From Magallana gigas (taxonomy: Eukaryota), in assembly GCF_963853765.1 (NCBI RefSeq), contig NC_088859.1, positions 51,894,001 through 51,958,000 of the forward strand: DNA of 64,000 nt, given 5' to 3'. The position numbers and the translations under genes are program-made. The notes below the pieces were generated by a model. The model was given only the letters and a program-made list of their open reading frames with translations, searched no databases and had not been told where the DNA came from. Of the stretch, positions 52,599-64,000 are shown piece by piece; the stretch's first letter is position 1; the number at the start of each line of letters is the position of its first letter.

Positions 52599-55500
52599 AT
52601 GCAATGGCCCACCGAGATGAAGAGGCTAGGAACTTTACAGTTTTCTTTCCTGTTCTTAAATGTGTTGTTCTGGGTGAGTCTGCAAGTTTGTTTGTTTTTT
52701 TTTGTTTTTTATCTCATAATGTCCTCTTTGCCGACCGCTCCCCTTTGCTTCAAAAAGTCTGTTTTTTAAATCAAAATCGTATGTATACTACAAAGACTAT
52801 GCATCAACAAAAATCCATTAACCTTAAGTTCTTTGATCCTAGAAATACAACTTTGTATTGATTATTATTTGTTTAAGCCTGATAACTTTATTGTCTTTAG
52901 CATTGATTCAGTTGTCAGTGTTGCGATCTAAGAGAAAAAAAGTTCACCTTATAATGAAATAACAAAACTCATCTAATATGGAATCATAAACCAGGAGAGA
53001 CCATGTACGAGCGATAATCACGTGTGGACGATACTAATCGATTGATCGATCCTATTACTGCATCCTCTGAGTCAAGTCGGAATGGAATCCGTATTTCCTT
53101 ATCTTTGATTCCATTCGGAGAGCTTGCTTGTTCCGGTCGCATCCCCTGAGCCAAAGCGGAACTTCATAAAAACCAAAACGGGAAATACCTTTCAAAAACA
53201 GTATTATAATACATTTATAAGCGGAAGGTGTTTGTATTCTATTGAGTTGATCTGTGACCCTTTTATGCAGATGGACTACATTATTTGTTGAAATTACAGA
53301 TATTTTCCGTGGCTTTTAATCTATCTCTTGAAAATAGCAGGATCGGGAATAGTTTTCAGCACTTCAGCACTACACGCAATTGTCTTCTGTTGCTGCATCC
53401 TTCATGGTTCTTGTCAGAAAACTGATTTTATTATTGCTTCAGTTGGATTAACTTTGATATTACATTACTTTGATTCGTATTGCGTGTGGGTTTTTTTTAT
53501 TGATACGATATGCCTCCCCTGATTTGACAGTCTGTATTAGTACTCGTGTTCAAATTAAGGGGGGGGGGGGGCAAAATATGATATAAAAACCATCAGATTT
53601 AGCTAAAACTAAATATGTGATTTTTCAACCTGTCAACTGATATTTGGTAAAGAAAAATTTCATATAATTTTATCATTTTCCATTATCTTTATATGGAGCT
53701 CTTCTTTAAAGGGGGTCAATATTGTCTTAAATGGCAGCCATCCCCAGCCCTTTGGTCAAATATTGAAGAATTTGAAAATTCTGCACAGATTGTATTTTGA
53801 CTATAATGTGCTTTTATCTACATGTCCTATACCACCTTAAATTCAACCTAAAACCGAAAAGTGCTGGCCTCAACGTCTTCTAACGTCTCTTACTGACCCC
53901 GTTATTAAAACGTTGAATTCAGTATCTGGTACTAACTCTGTATTTTTTTCTGTTATATTTTGTTCAGTTATTATTCATATAATGATATGTTCCTGTAATG
54001 GATTATTTTGTAACACGGCGTGTTTTGTCCCGTCAGGCGGTGGGGATCGGTATCGTGGGCTTCGTCTCATGGACACTGTCCTCCCTCCCCAGTAACACAG
54101 AGTTCCTCTCAGTGGCCTTTGTAAGTAACGTTCACCTCAACTATAGGTTGATAATTTTTTAGAAGAAATCCCAATAACAAACAATTTAAAGCAAGATTAA
54201 ATTAAAAGATTTTTTCGAGAAGGTGATAAATAAATTGTTTTCCGAAATGTTCTGAGATTGATAATTAATCGACGGGCGATTGCCTTTATTGTATTTATCT
54301 CTGTCTTCAAGTGACATCTGGCTTTTGGTCAATTTCAGGCTTTCCTGTACGTCATCTTGTTCTTGGGACTCGTCATTGCAGCCACAGGTATGTGTAATTT
54401 TTCCTGCAGTCTGACACGCTCACCTACCAGGTAGCTAACCCCCCCCCCCCCCCCGGATAAGTTAACCCTGACCTGAAGCCTGACTCATCACTCCTACTGC
54501 ATGACAGATAAACCAAGCCGCCACCCGCTCCTTACCCCCCCCCCCCCCTCCCGAAAAGTAAACCCCAATGACTGACTTCTCACCCTTATAGATAGGTTAA
54601 CGCTACCGTCATAACCCCCCTCCCCCCGAAAGGTAAACCCTGAGGTTTGATTCTTTATAACCCCTCCCCCGATAAAAAAATTTCCTGAAATCTTACTCGT
54701 CCTTTCCACTTGCAGGTAAACCCTGCCCTTCTAATAATGCATGCGATTTAGTACAGAGGCAGTAGTCGTCAAGACGGCTCTGTCCGACACCACACTCCTC
54801 CCCTTTGGTGTTGGTATTCAGTGATGTGAAATGTGTGTTAAATATTTCGCATAGTTACATCTTCTTTGTTGACGTACACCAGACTTGTAGTCGTTGGAAT
54901 TGTAGAAGAATATAATGTGTGAACCTTCACTTAAGGTGCATTTTGCCCTGTTAAGCGCAGTAACTCTCATGCTGACTTTTTAAATTTCTTACATGTATAC
55001 AACCTTATTTTTTAAGATAAATAAAATAATATTTACATTTTCCCGTGTCTTTATCTATGATAACACTACGAAGAAATTTTGCAATGTATAGATCAATACA
55101 GTTCATCAATTATGAAATGATTTATTCTCATATCAATAACATCATTAAAACAGTAGTAAATTACATATTAAATGAACATTACAGGACTTTTAGGATGCCT
55201 CGGCGGGTTGTTCAGAAGCATCTGTCTACTCAAACTTGTAAGTATTCAGAGGTAATAGAAAAATATATATAATATATAAAATGACCTGTTGTTTAACAAT
55301 TTTAGCCAATGTGTCTGTCTATCATTTAAAAGGACTAATTTTCCTTACTCGGAAGTGTGCCGAGTTAAAGGATGATCAGAATTAAAAAAAAAAAAGATGA
55401 AGTCTGTGAAAGATTAAAAAATATGTAAATTGCATGTAATTTAGAAACTTAAATATGCAATCACGTTCAAGCCGAAATAAGTCGCGTTGCATGGAATTCA

Positions 55501-57939
55501 GGCTCAGAAACCTTTCCCTGTGTAATGTTTGTTGCTTAAAAATGTACATATTCATTTTCTTTCTTTTATTTTTTTTTTCAGTATATCGGATTAATGGTGG
55601 CTTTCGTTTTCGTGGAGGTTGCCATAGCAATAGGTGCTTACACTCAGAAGGATCAGGTAGGACAGTGACGTCATATGACGCGATGAAGACGTCAAACACC
55701 GATACATCATGTCTCTATATGTCAGGATCTGTAGTGTTTGTTTGCTTCGATAAAAACTTTTCACCGACCAATGTATGAGATATCTCTGTTAACAGATTCC
55801 AACACTGATCACCTCCACGTGGCCCCAGCTCAACAACGACACAAAGTTCACACTCCAGGCCGGGGTAAGTGACGGCAAGAGGCGGGGGAGGGGGGTAAGT
55901 TTGGTAATAGTGGGGTAAGTGACGGATATAAGCGGGGGTAATAGTGGTAAATAGTGGGGTATATGATGGCAGGAAAGAGGGGGTGAGTGGGGGTAAATAC
56001 TGGGGTTAGTGAAAGGAAGCAGCGGTGGGGTGGGGGGCAAGTGTAAAATAAAAATGGGAAAGTGAGGGTGATAGAGGGACAATAACGGAAAGTAAGGGAT
56101 GTTAGTGTGAAAAATAGCGGTTATATGTGACTGCTGCGGCGTGTGTAACTGGTGGCGGACCATGGTGGGGTAAATAGTTTGGTGAGTAAATCAAAGAGGG
56201 GGAGTAAGGGACGGTAACTAGGTCGTGGTTTTATGTGTCGGGAAAGTTTGCTCAATACCCGGAGTAAAGACATAGGAAGGGGTAAATAATGGCATGAAGC
56301 GGGGGTATGGAGGGAAAGGGAGGCGGGAGGATCAAGCAGCAGGGCAAGTTGCGGGGAAAGAGAAATAAGCTGGTGGAGTCGAGTAGTCTGGCTAAAAGCA
56401 TACAAATTGTAAAGTAACAAAAATATAGTTGTCCTGTATTATGGCAGTGACTAGTATTTTAGACAGAGATGAGACATTGCCACAGTTATCAGGGAGGGGT
56501 GTTAATTTTTTCAGCTGGAGTGTTGTGGGGTCAACAACTACACAGAGTACGGCGCCCACCTAGCGGACCTCCCCCTCAGCTGCTTCAAGGTCTATGACAC
56601 CCTGTCGGTCCACACCAAATCATGGACTCTTCTCTTCACGGTGGGTCTCGACTCATCAACTCGTGACCTAACTGGTTTCAAATTATTTGCCTTTATATGC
56701 TGTAATTACTGTAAATACTGTTGTTTATGCAGTAAATGGTATCAATACGTAAAAAAATTTGGTCTATTTTAGACGCCATGCCTTCAGCAGCTTCAGCACT
56801 GGTTCGATGCCAACCTACCAGTCTGGGCGACAATACTGGTTCTCATCTGCCTCATACAAGTAAGAGATATCATATGATTGATATATTTACTGAGAATGTT
56901 TGTGTAACCAATAACCAAGTTATATATTTAGTATTTACCGACCACTACGGCCCTGGGTTTATATTTCTTGTAGTTTATGAGTATGGGGCTAAGCGTGGGA
57001 GTAATGGTGGGTATAGAAGAGAGGACCAAAGTCCACCCGGCTCCGGATCCACCTGACGAGGAACAACCTGCAGACGGCGCAACCATTGTCTGTTCCGAAT
57101 CGCCTCATCCTCAATCGTCACGCATGAGCGAGTTCTCGGACCAGCAGTCCCTGTCCTCGGGGGACACAACAAACCGGAAGTTGTCGCAAGTTCCAGAAGA
57201 AGAGGAGGATTACCTGTCGTCGGGTGTCGTCTGCTGTGACTCCAAGGACGACCTCAGCACCACAAGGTCCCCAGCGTCGTCTGTCCGGCACTTGGTGACA
57301 GAAGGCACGGAGGAGACTGGTGTTGGGAAAGATGAAGTGAACGAGGAGGAAGCGGTCATATCCGAGGGTCCAGACAAGTCCGAGGACTCAATCCCAAGTC
57401 ACAGGGACCTCCTGGTGGCTTACAGTGAAGAAACCAGGAGATATGAGAATCAGCCAACGCCAGAGACCAATGAGTTGGATAACTTCCAGTCCACAGGACT
57501 TCAACAAAACAGTGGAGAAAACGCCGCCCAGCAAGATGATGTCCGCGGCCAGACAGCGTCTCCCATCTCCTCACAACCTCCTGAAGACACCTCCGCTGGT
57601 GATAGAGATGAAGATAATATCGATGACGTCACCACTGGAAGACATGTTGATGAAGGAAGAATGGGCATCCAGACAGGACTGGAAGGAGGCGTCCAATTTC
57701 AAGAAAACGACGTCCAGCATCAGACACTGGAAAGTGATCAACACGAGACTTCGAAAGATGCAGACAACATTTCAAATGTTCAACCTAGTGAGAGCGAGAT
57801 TAAAACATGCGAACTACAGGAAGGGAGCGGTGACAAATTATCGAACAAGAACTTAAGGAATCACGAAGAAGTGACACTTTGTAGAGAGGGGACATTTGAT
57901 ATTTCAAAGGACGAGAATCGAGCATCACAGAACAATTGA
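52599..57939 (+). CDS. Tetraspanin (about 527 aa) with a very long acidic C-terminal tail
   Basis: Exons 52599(or 52617)-52673, 54037-54120, 54339-54387, 55185-55237, 55582-55656, 55796-55864, 56515-56640, 56773-56859 and 56974-57939 join in frame. TM1 FLFLNVLFWAVGIGIVGFVSW; TM2 FLYVILFLGLVIAATGLLGCLGG; TM3 YIGLMVAFVFVEVAIAIGAY; large loop LECCG...PLSC...TPCL; TM4 WATILVLICLIQFMSMGLSVGVMVGI. AATAAA at about 58075. Confidence 0.92.
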
Positions 57940-59837
57940 GTACCGTAATCCAATTACATGTACCAGCGATCTACTACGAGTTATCCCGCCTTGCGTACTT
58001 AACGAATTTACCGCAAATCGAATCAAGTCAAATATTGCACTTACTTGTTTAATTTATGCGTACTTTGCCGTAGGAATAAATCAACTGTAAATAGAATTTA
58101 GATTTTTATTGTTAATTTTACGCCAAATGTTTTGGGGTTTTGTGATAACAAGTTCATTTCGTCCAGAAGTTCCTCTGATCCTGGTGCATTGAATCGCTGG
58201 CGGGTTTTTGTCTGGCTTGAATGAGATCGTATCTGTGAGACGTATGGTAAACTCGGACACTCAAGCTTGAGATACTTTAGTCTCAGCAGTAACAGGTTCG
58301 ATATGGAGATAGCATCAAAGTGAAATCGGTGCATACTAGTCTTTTTTTTTATCTTTCTGAACGAACTATACGCAAACAACAAGATCTTCTCGATTTTTTC
58401 TGTTCGAGTTCACACGTCTCCATTGTAGAAACATTGTAGTACATCGTCTTTAAATTGGTGGTGCTAAAAAAAGAGGAAAGATAGTAGACCTCTTTTTATT
58501 TGAAAAAGGCTGTCAGTGACCGGCAGTTCACAGTAATTGCCAATAACATCGTAGCAATTACTTAAAATTGGTTCTTGATTTTTACTCAATTTGTGCGTGA
58601 TTTCATTTGACCTTGGATAATTGAATTATATCTCTGAATGTTTTCGCATTTATAAACATATCTGTGTATATATTTTATAAAATTGCGGCGATATCCTAAT
58701 CAACCCCATGCTGCCCCACAGCATGAAGTTCACATTTTTGAAAATCAACAATTCTCCAGTTACAAATTAAATTTAAGGTGTGTTAGGTTTAACAGTGTGA
58801 ATTCCAGGGAGATAATTGCTTTCTGTATCTCTTTCTGTTGTTTTTCATTGTGATAACGTTACTCCTAGATCCAACTAAACCTCGACTATCTTGTATAAAG
58901 TCAATAGGAGCCCAGATACCACCTTGTGGTGGAAATCGACCCGGCTTGTCTGTAAATCAAAAGTAAGAATAACAAAGTTTTTACAGGTTTTATCGCATAT
59001 ATACATCAAAGTACTGAAGTACTGACGGGAGTTGATTTTATCAATTATCATTTATTCAAAATCAATGATATGTGATTTTCCATGGCAAGTAGTATCAGTA
59101 ATAGAAATATTTCTGAGAAATTGTATGGATCCAGGCAAGATTGAACTCTTGTCTTGTTCAACCAAACGCTCGACCGTCTCCGTTTATCTCCGACAAGCAA
59201 GAGAGACTCTGTTTTGTCGGATATTAACGGAGCCAGCCAAGCGTCTGGTTGAACGAGACTACATTGAACTCTAGCGTAGGAATACATACGACTTTAAAAA
59301 ATATCTAAACTGTTTGTACAATTTAAAATCTAACTATTTTCCTGGTATTAATAAACAAGTTTTCTTGAAAAACAATGCTTCAGAATACAAAACATCGAAT
59401 TTATCGATTATTTTCAAGAACTAAGTGTTGTCAGCGGTATAATTGATTTGTGCTTAGGTCCAAACACTGTTTCACTTTCGCTTTGCCCGAGTAAGTGCAT
59501 AGGAGAGTTGATTAAAATCAACTCCCAAAAAGTATACTTCACACGTTGATCAATGTTTTTAATCATATACCACCCCCCCCCCCCCCAAACATCCTTAAAT
59601 AAAAAAGTTGCGCGCACATTATGTTCAGATCGCTTGTCTGTAAAGTAGCACCTCGCAAATTGTTCAACAAACAAAGGACACTGAAACTTGTGTAAAACAT
59701 TGTGTAACAAATATATAACGAATTATTCCTATAAAATGGCAAGTCAACTCCCCGTAAATTAGCGGGTGTCGTGACGTAACACCGATCTCAGTTAGACCAC
59801 AACACGTAAACTGTAACATGAAGCAGGTGTCCCTTCA

Positions 59838-62121
59838 TCACCTTCCCATAATTCCCGCTGGTGATTTCCGCCTGTCTAGTTCCGACTCTATGACATAGTC
59901 TTTGAATTTTTCAGAGTTCTCCATTTTGTCATGGATAAACCACAGAACAGCATAGCAGAAGAGAGTGAATACTATCAACACGAACGTCACCGTCACCACT
60001 GCGATAGCGAGGCTGAGGAGATGGTAATCGCAGTAATGTATTGCGTCCTTATCCTCCGTTTGGGCGATTTTTAACAAATTATACACCAGCACAGCACCTG
60101 TAAAATACAAATTGGATAATTAGCGAGCTTGTACATACCGAACACAGCTGGCATCACGGTACACGTGTTAAGTAGATGATCTAGGCGGGATAGAGTTTGA
60201 ATGTTCATGCAAGTAGTCCAAGTGAAATGAAATTTAGTATATAATGAAGTACAAATATGTATTAACGCAGTTTATGACCCCCCCCCCCCCTTACAGACCT
60301 CTTCCATTTGAGCGTAATAAGTATGGTAGAGGCATGTTGCCCATGAAAAGTACTATAGGAGAGTTTTCCAGAAACCCGCGCTGTTTTAAACATCCGTCTA
60401 TTTATCAATTTGGAAGTAATTAATGCCAAGGATTATAACGTGTAAATATTGTTTATATTTAGTAAAGTACAGACCTAAGTCACCAAACAAAACATCTCGT
60501 AAAACTGGGGGGGGGGGGGGAACTGCAATTGCAACACAACTTTCCGTATATATGGTACAATGTAAGACAGTTACTTTGGAAGAATTAGAATAGTCAGCTT
60601 GTAAAGAGCTTGATTAATTAACATACATGTATCATATCTTGCATATTATAACTCCGTGTACATTTTTTTACCCATAAATCTCCTTATGGGGATCCACACC
60701 TGAATCCCTACAACTAGAGATTAACATGTGAAACCTTAGAACTAACAATTAACATAAAATGTGAACCTCTATCCTAGAGATCTACACGTGAAGATTTATA
60801 TGTGAACCCCTAAACAAGTGATTTACATATGAAACCTTAGAACTAGAGATTTGCTGTGAACCATACGAACTAGCATGAGATTTCAAAATGGCTGAATCCC
60901 CATAATGAGAGATTCTGGCCTGTAAATCTTGGAAGAGAGTTTACCTGGCTGTGTGGGTGGAGATAAGCTCGACCAGAAAGTTTACCTGTGTGGGTGGAGA
61001 TAGCTCGACCAGAGAGTTTGCCTGTGTGGGTGGAGATAAGCTCGACCAGAGAGTTTACCTGTATGGGTGGAGATAAACTCGACCAGAGAGTTTGCCTGTA
61101 TGGGTGGAGATAAACTCGACCAGAGAGTTTGCCTGTGTGCGTGGAGTTTACCTGTGAATCCCCAGAACAACAGAAACAACGTCAGCATGTCCGTCACAGT
61201 GTAGAGACAGTGTCGCTCGCCGTCAGGGGGCGCTATCTTGAACATGATCCGGGTACCCTGGAGAACACATTTAAGTAAGAGCGCTGCTCCACTGAGAGTC
61301 AGGAACAGGGGAAGCAGGGGCTCACAGGGGCAGTTGTGGAACTCCAGGATTCCTAAAACAAGATGGTTAACCAATCAAATCACTTCGCTTTCAAAATAGA
61401 AGAACTAGATTAGAGATTGTACCCATGCAGATTTTATCCACACCCCCCCCCCCAAAAAAAAATCAACATTGTCTGTTAACGCCTTGACAACATTCATGTA
61501 CGTACACAATTTCTTTCACAAGGTATGACTTTATTCATTAGAAGGCTGTATACATGAACATTGTATCTGCCTCTGTCTCCTTCCTTTATCGTATTTACCA
61601 CACAATGAGCCCGATTATAAGCATATTCTTCGGTCGATTTGTCGGATTGTTGCTACAATCTCCGTACGTCGACTTGATGCCAACAGAAGCACAGCTAACC
61701 CCTATAGCAGGGTGATGGAGAACGGCGCCGATTGATCGAGTGTTACTCACCAAATGTCAAACACAGAACTGATATCGCCAGGCCAAGTGTCAGCATCAGA
61801 AGTCCCACCACTACAGAAAGTTGTACAAACAATTACTCGATTGATTAAAATGCATTAGACAGATAGATGACAGCAAACGTTTACAATTTAATTACTAATT
61901 GAACTGTTTGACCTTGACCTTGATGTCAACTCACCCGATTTATTGAAAGAGTTGTTAACGTGACAGATAAAGTTGTATGCATCCTCCTCCTCCATATAAG
62001 CGTTTTGAAGAACCTGGCAATGACAGCTTTTCCCGCCATTTGAATCCTCGTGTACTGTAACGGTAACCATCGGCAAATTAATGAATCTATCGTCTGCTTT
62101 CTTCATAGAAAGGTTACCCAT
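59838..62121 (-). CDS. TMEM272-like four-TM protein (about 235 aa)
   Basis: Exons 62121-61935, 61810-61751, 61352-61152 and 60097-59838 join in frame. VGLLMLTLGLAISVLCLTFGILEFHNCPCEPLLPLFLTLSG...LFLLFWGFTGAVLVY...HYCDYHLLSLAI resembles the TMEM272 pattern (CP..P.IP.YL.V.G; F...W...G..W; C...LY). A possible extra first exon 62246-62177 (MASPNDFLLQ...) could splice to 62093. Confidence 0.72.
60935..61155. repeat. 38-bp intronic minisatellite containing copies of the exon donor
   Basis: Minus-strand unit CAG(GT/GC)AAACTCTCTGGTCGAG(T/C)TTATCTCCACCCA(T/C)A, about 5.5 copies. Confidence 0.9.
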
Positions 62122-64000
62122 TAAACATTATTCCGTAGTTTACAGTGTGTGCACATGTTGAACAAGTTGTACGTACCTGTGTGTGTTTCCGCCGATGTTT
62201 CTGTACCAGTCACAGTTTGCAGTAGAAAATCGTTCGGGCTCGCCATCACGTCCTCAGTCTGAGCATGACAGCAATCGCCTACAGAGGATCTCCCTGTCTT
62301 CTGCTAGTTCACTTAATTCCGTGTAATCACACACACATACACCTTACCCACAGGCACTGAAGGCCCGATGTACAGGGTTTCCTGGTTGGCAGCCCCGTAG
62401 TAAACAGGTAGCTAGCACACACACACGGCGCACCGTGCGCTGATGGGCTACCATCTTCCCGTCATGTCAAACAGAGCGCCCGGGGGCGTGAGTCGTGTAG
62501 AGTCCTGTACACTTCCGGTGTCACACCTACAATGCTGGTGTCCCGAGTGTCGCTTGAACGGACACCTAACTAGCACCAGCCAGTGTGGGCAGTTTACTTA
62601 CATGTGTTCTATCCGGGCACCGATTTGGATTTAAGCAGCTAATTCCCATTCATTCAGACGCATTCACTTAGATTAGGGGAACGATCGCGAGACTTCTGGC
62701 GGTGTTGTCCGCCGTCACACTGAATCAATACTCCCGACACACGCATCGCGTCCCGTCACTCAATGCGACAGTTAGTTATCAAGATTAATGAATGAAAAGA
62801 AATGTCCGGCGGTGATTAAAGACAATCTTACTAATGCAAAAAGGTAAAGCAGGAGTCCAGAAGGAATATTGTGTGGATGTTACAAATTTCAAATTTGGAT
62901 GGGTGGGTTGAGGGGGAAGGTAAATTCAATTACTTAATATGTATAAGAATTGTATTGCAGAAATACATGAACATTTGTATGCACGCTAAGTAATGTAATA
63001 TACTGAGACAAGTAATTATTAAAATACTAAAATAACACGTGTGTGTTTGTGTGTATAATATAAATATGCACGTATAGAGCATTGTCGGGGGTTATCGGAG
63101 ATACAAATTCAATACTTCCACGCGGTATTTGACTAACCTACTGTGTGATCTACCTTTGTGGACTAGTAAATCATGATGTACAAACACGTGTCTCTACCTG
63201 TGTTTTGTTTATCGAGCATCCACCTAGACCTTTAAGATCATCGCTTCATGACACCCCTCCCCCTCCAACACCATCGCCACGTCTAACCGATCGTGGTGGT
63301 GAATACCCTACCCCTATCCACCCACAAAGACTACAAGAGCTCCCTGTATCCTTTCCACAACACCACAAACCGGCAATCTAATCTGACCTCCCCCCCCCCT
63401 CCGTGTAAGATCACCGCTTCATTATAACCACCACTCCACTGTCATCACCTGATCACCAACTGTCCTCTGGTAGAGCTTACCTCCACCCACACAGACTCCG
63501 CGCGAGGGCTCCTTACCTTGCCTAACACTGTAACACCATTACCGCTGTACCTAGCTAGAGAGTACACAATAAAATCCGTGTACATGTATGTATCTACTAT
63601 ACACGGGTATTGATTGGAGTGTTAACACAGGGAGGACGGCGACAGGGATTTCTCTCCGGGATCTGTCCGCTCTAACGACGTGATCGTAGTTCTTGTTTCG
63701 TCTGCAATAGACAGCTGTACAAGCCGTCAGTCCCAGTCGTGTGCTAGACAATTTACGGGGGCCTCGCCGCTCTAAACATTCCCCTGTGTTACGTCATGAG
63801 CGTTTAAGTCGATGTCAGTCTCGTTCATCCAAGTACGCGCATTTGAATGCGACTTGAAGAATGCCAGTGCACCCGACTAAGACTCAGATTTTTTTTTTAA
63901 AAATTCCATTTATATAATGATACACCATTCGGTACATGTCTTTATTGTGTCTCACCTGACAGGTGAAAATTTACTTGTACGAATTGATATCCCATTGGAA

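Noticed and set aside
52604-52861. ORF MAHRDEEARN... as tetraspanin exon 1
   Set aside because: Wrong phase for exon 2. The ATG 52599/52617 frame gives the canonical N-x-L-F-W TM1. At most it is an overlapping uORF.
53555-53840. TTAA-GG...CC-TTAA possible Kolobok MITE
   Set aside because: TIR similarity beyond GG/CC is too weak because the left end is a G homopolymer.
55789-56420. Pro/Leu-rich minus-strand ORFs
   Set aside because: Reverse complement of the G-rich tetraspanin intron; no splice or homology support.

Overview
Eukaryotic, AT-rich, intron-containing genomic DNA, most consistent with a bivalve mollusc (oyster-like; inferred from gene style and repeat families, not from a database hit). 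No prokaryotic features or CRISPR arrays. Six genes can be reconstructed by reading GT-AG boundaries by eye: an intronless Qa-SNARE syntaxin (-), apparently nested in an intron of OXCT1/SCOT (-; first 5 exons present); an unrecognised 2-exon gene (+) encoding 9-aa LGESRADYK repeats; a 23-coding-exon protein 4.1/coracle-type FERM gene (-) with candidate far-upstream first exons; a 9-exon tetraspanin (+), head-to-head with the likely 4.1 first exon and carrying an unusual ~307-aa acidic C-terminal tail; and a convergent TMEM272-like 4-TM gene (-). Non-coding space holds three decayed CR1-type LINEs, a HINE/Helentron carrying a 180-bp satellite array, several MITEs with clear TSDs, a palindrome-ended element and many intronic minisatellites, three of which amplify their own 5' splice donor. 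All family assignments come from recognised motifs; none were verified by search.
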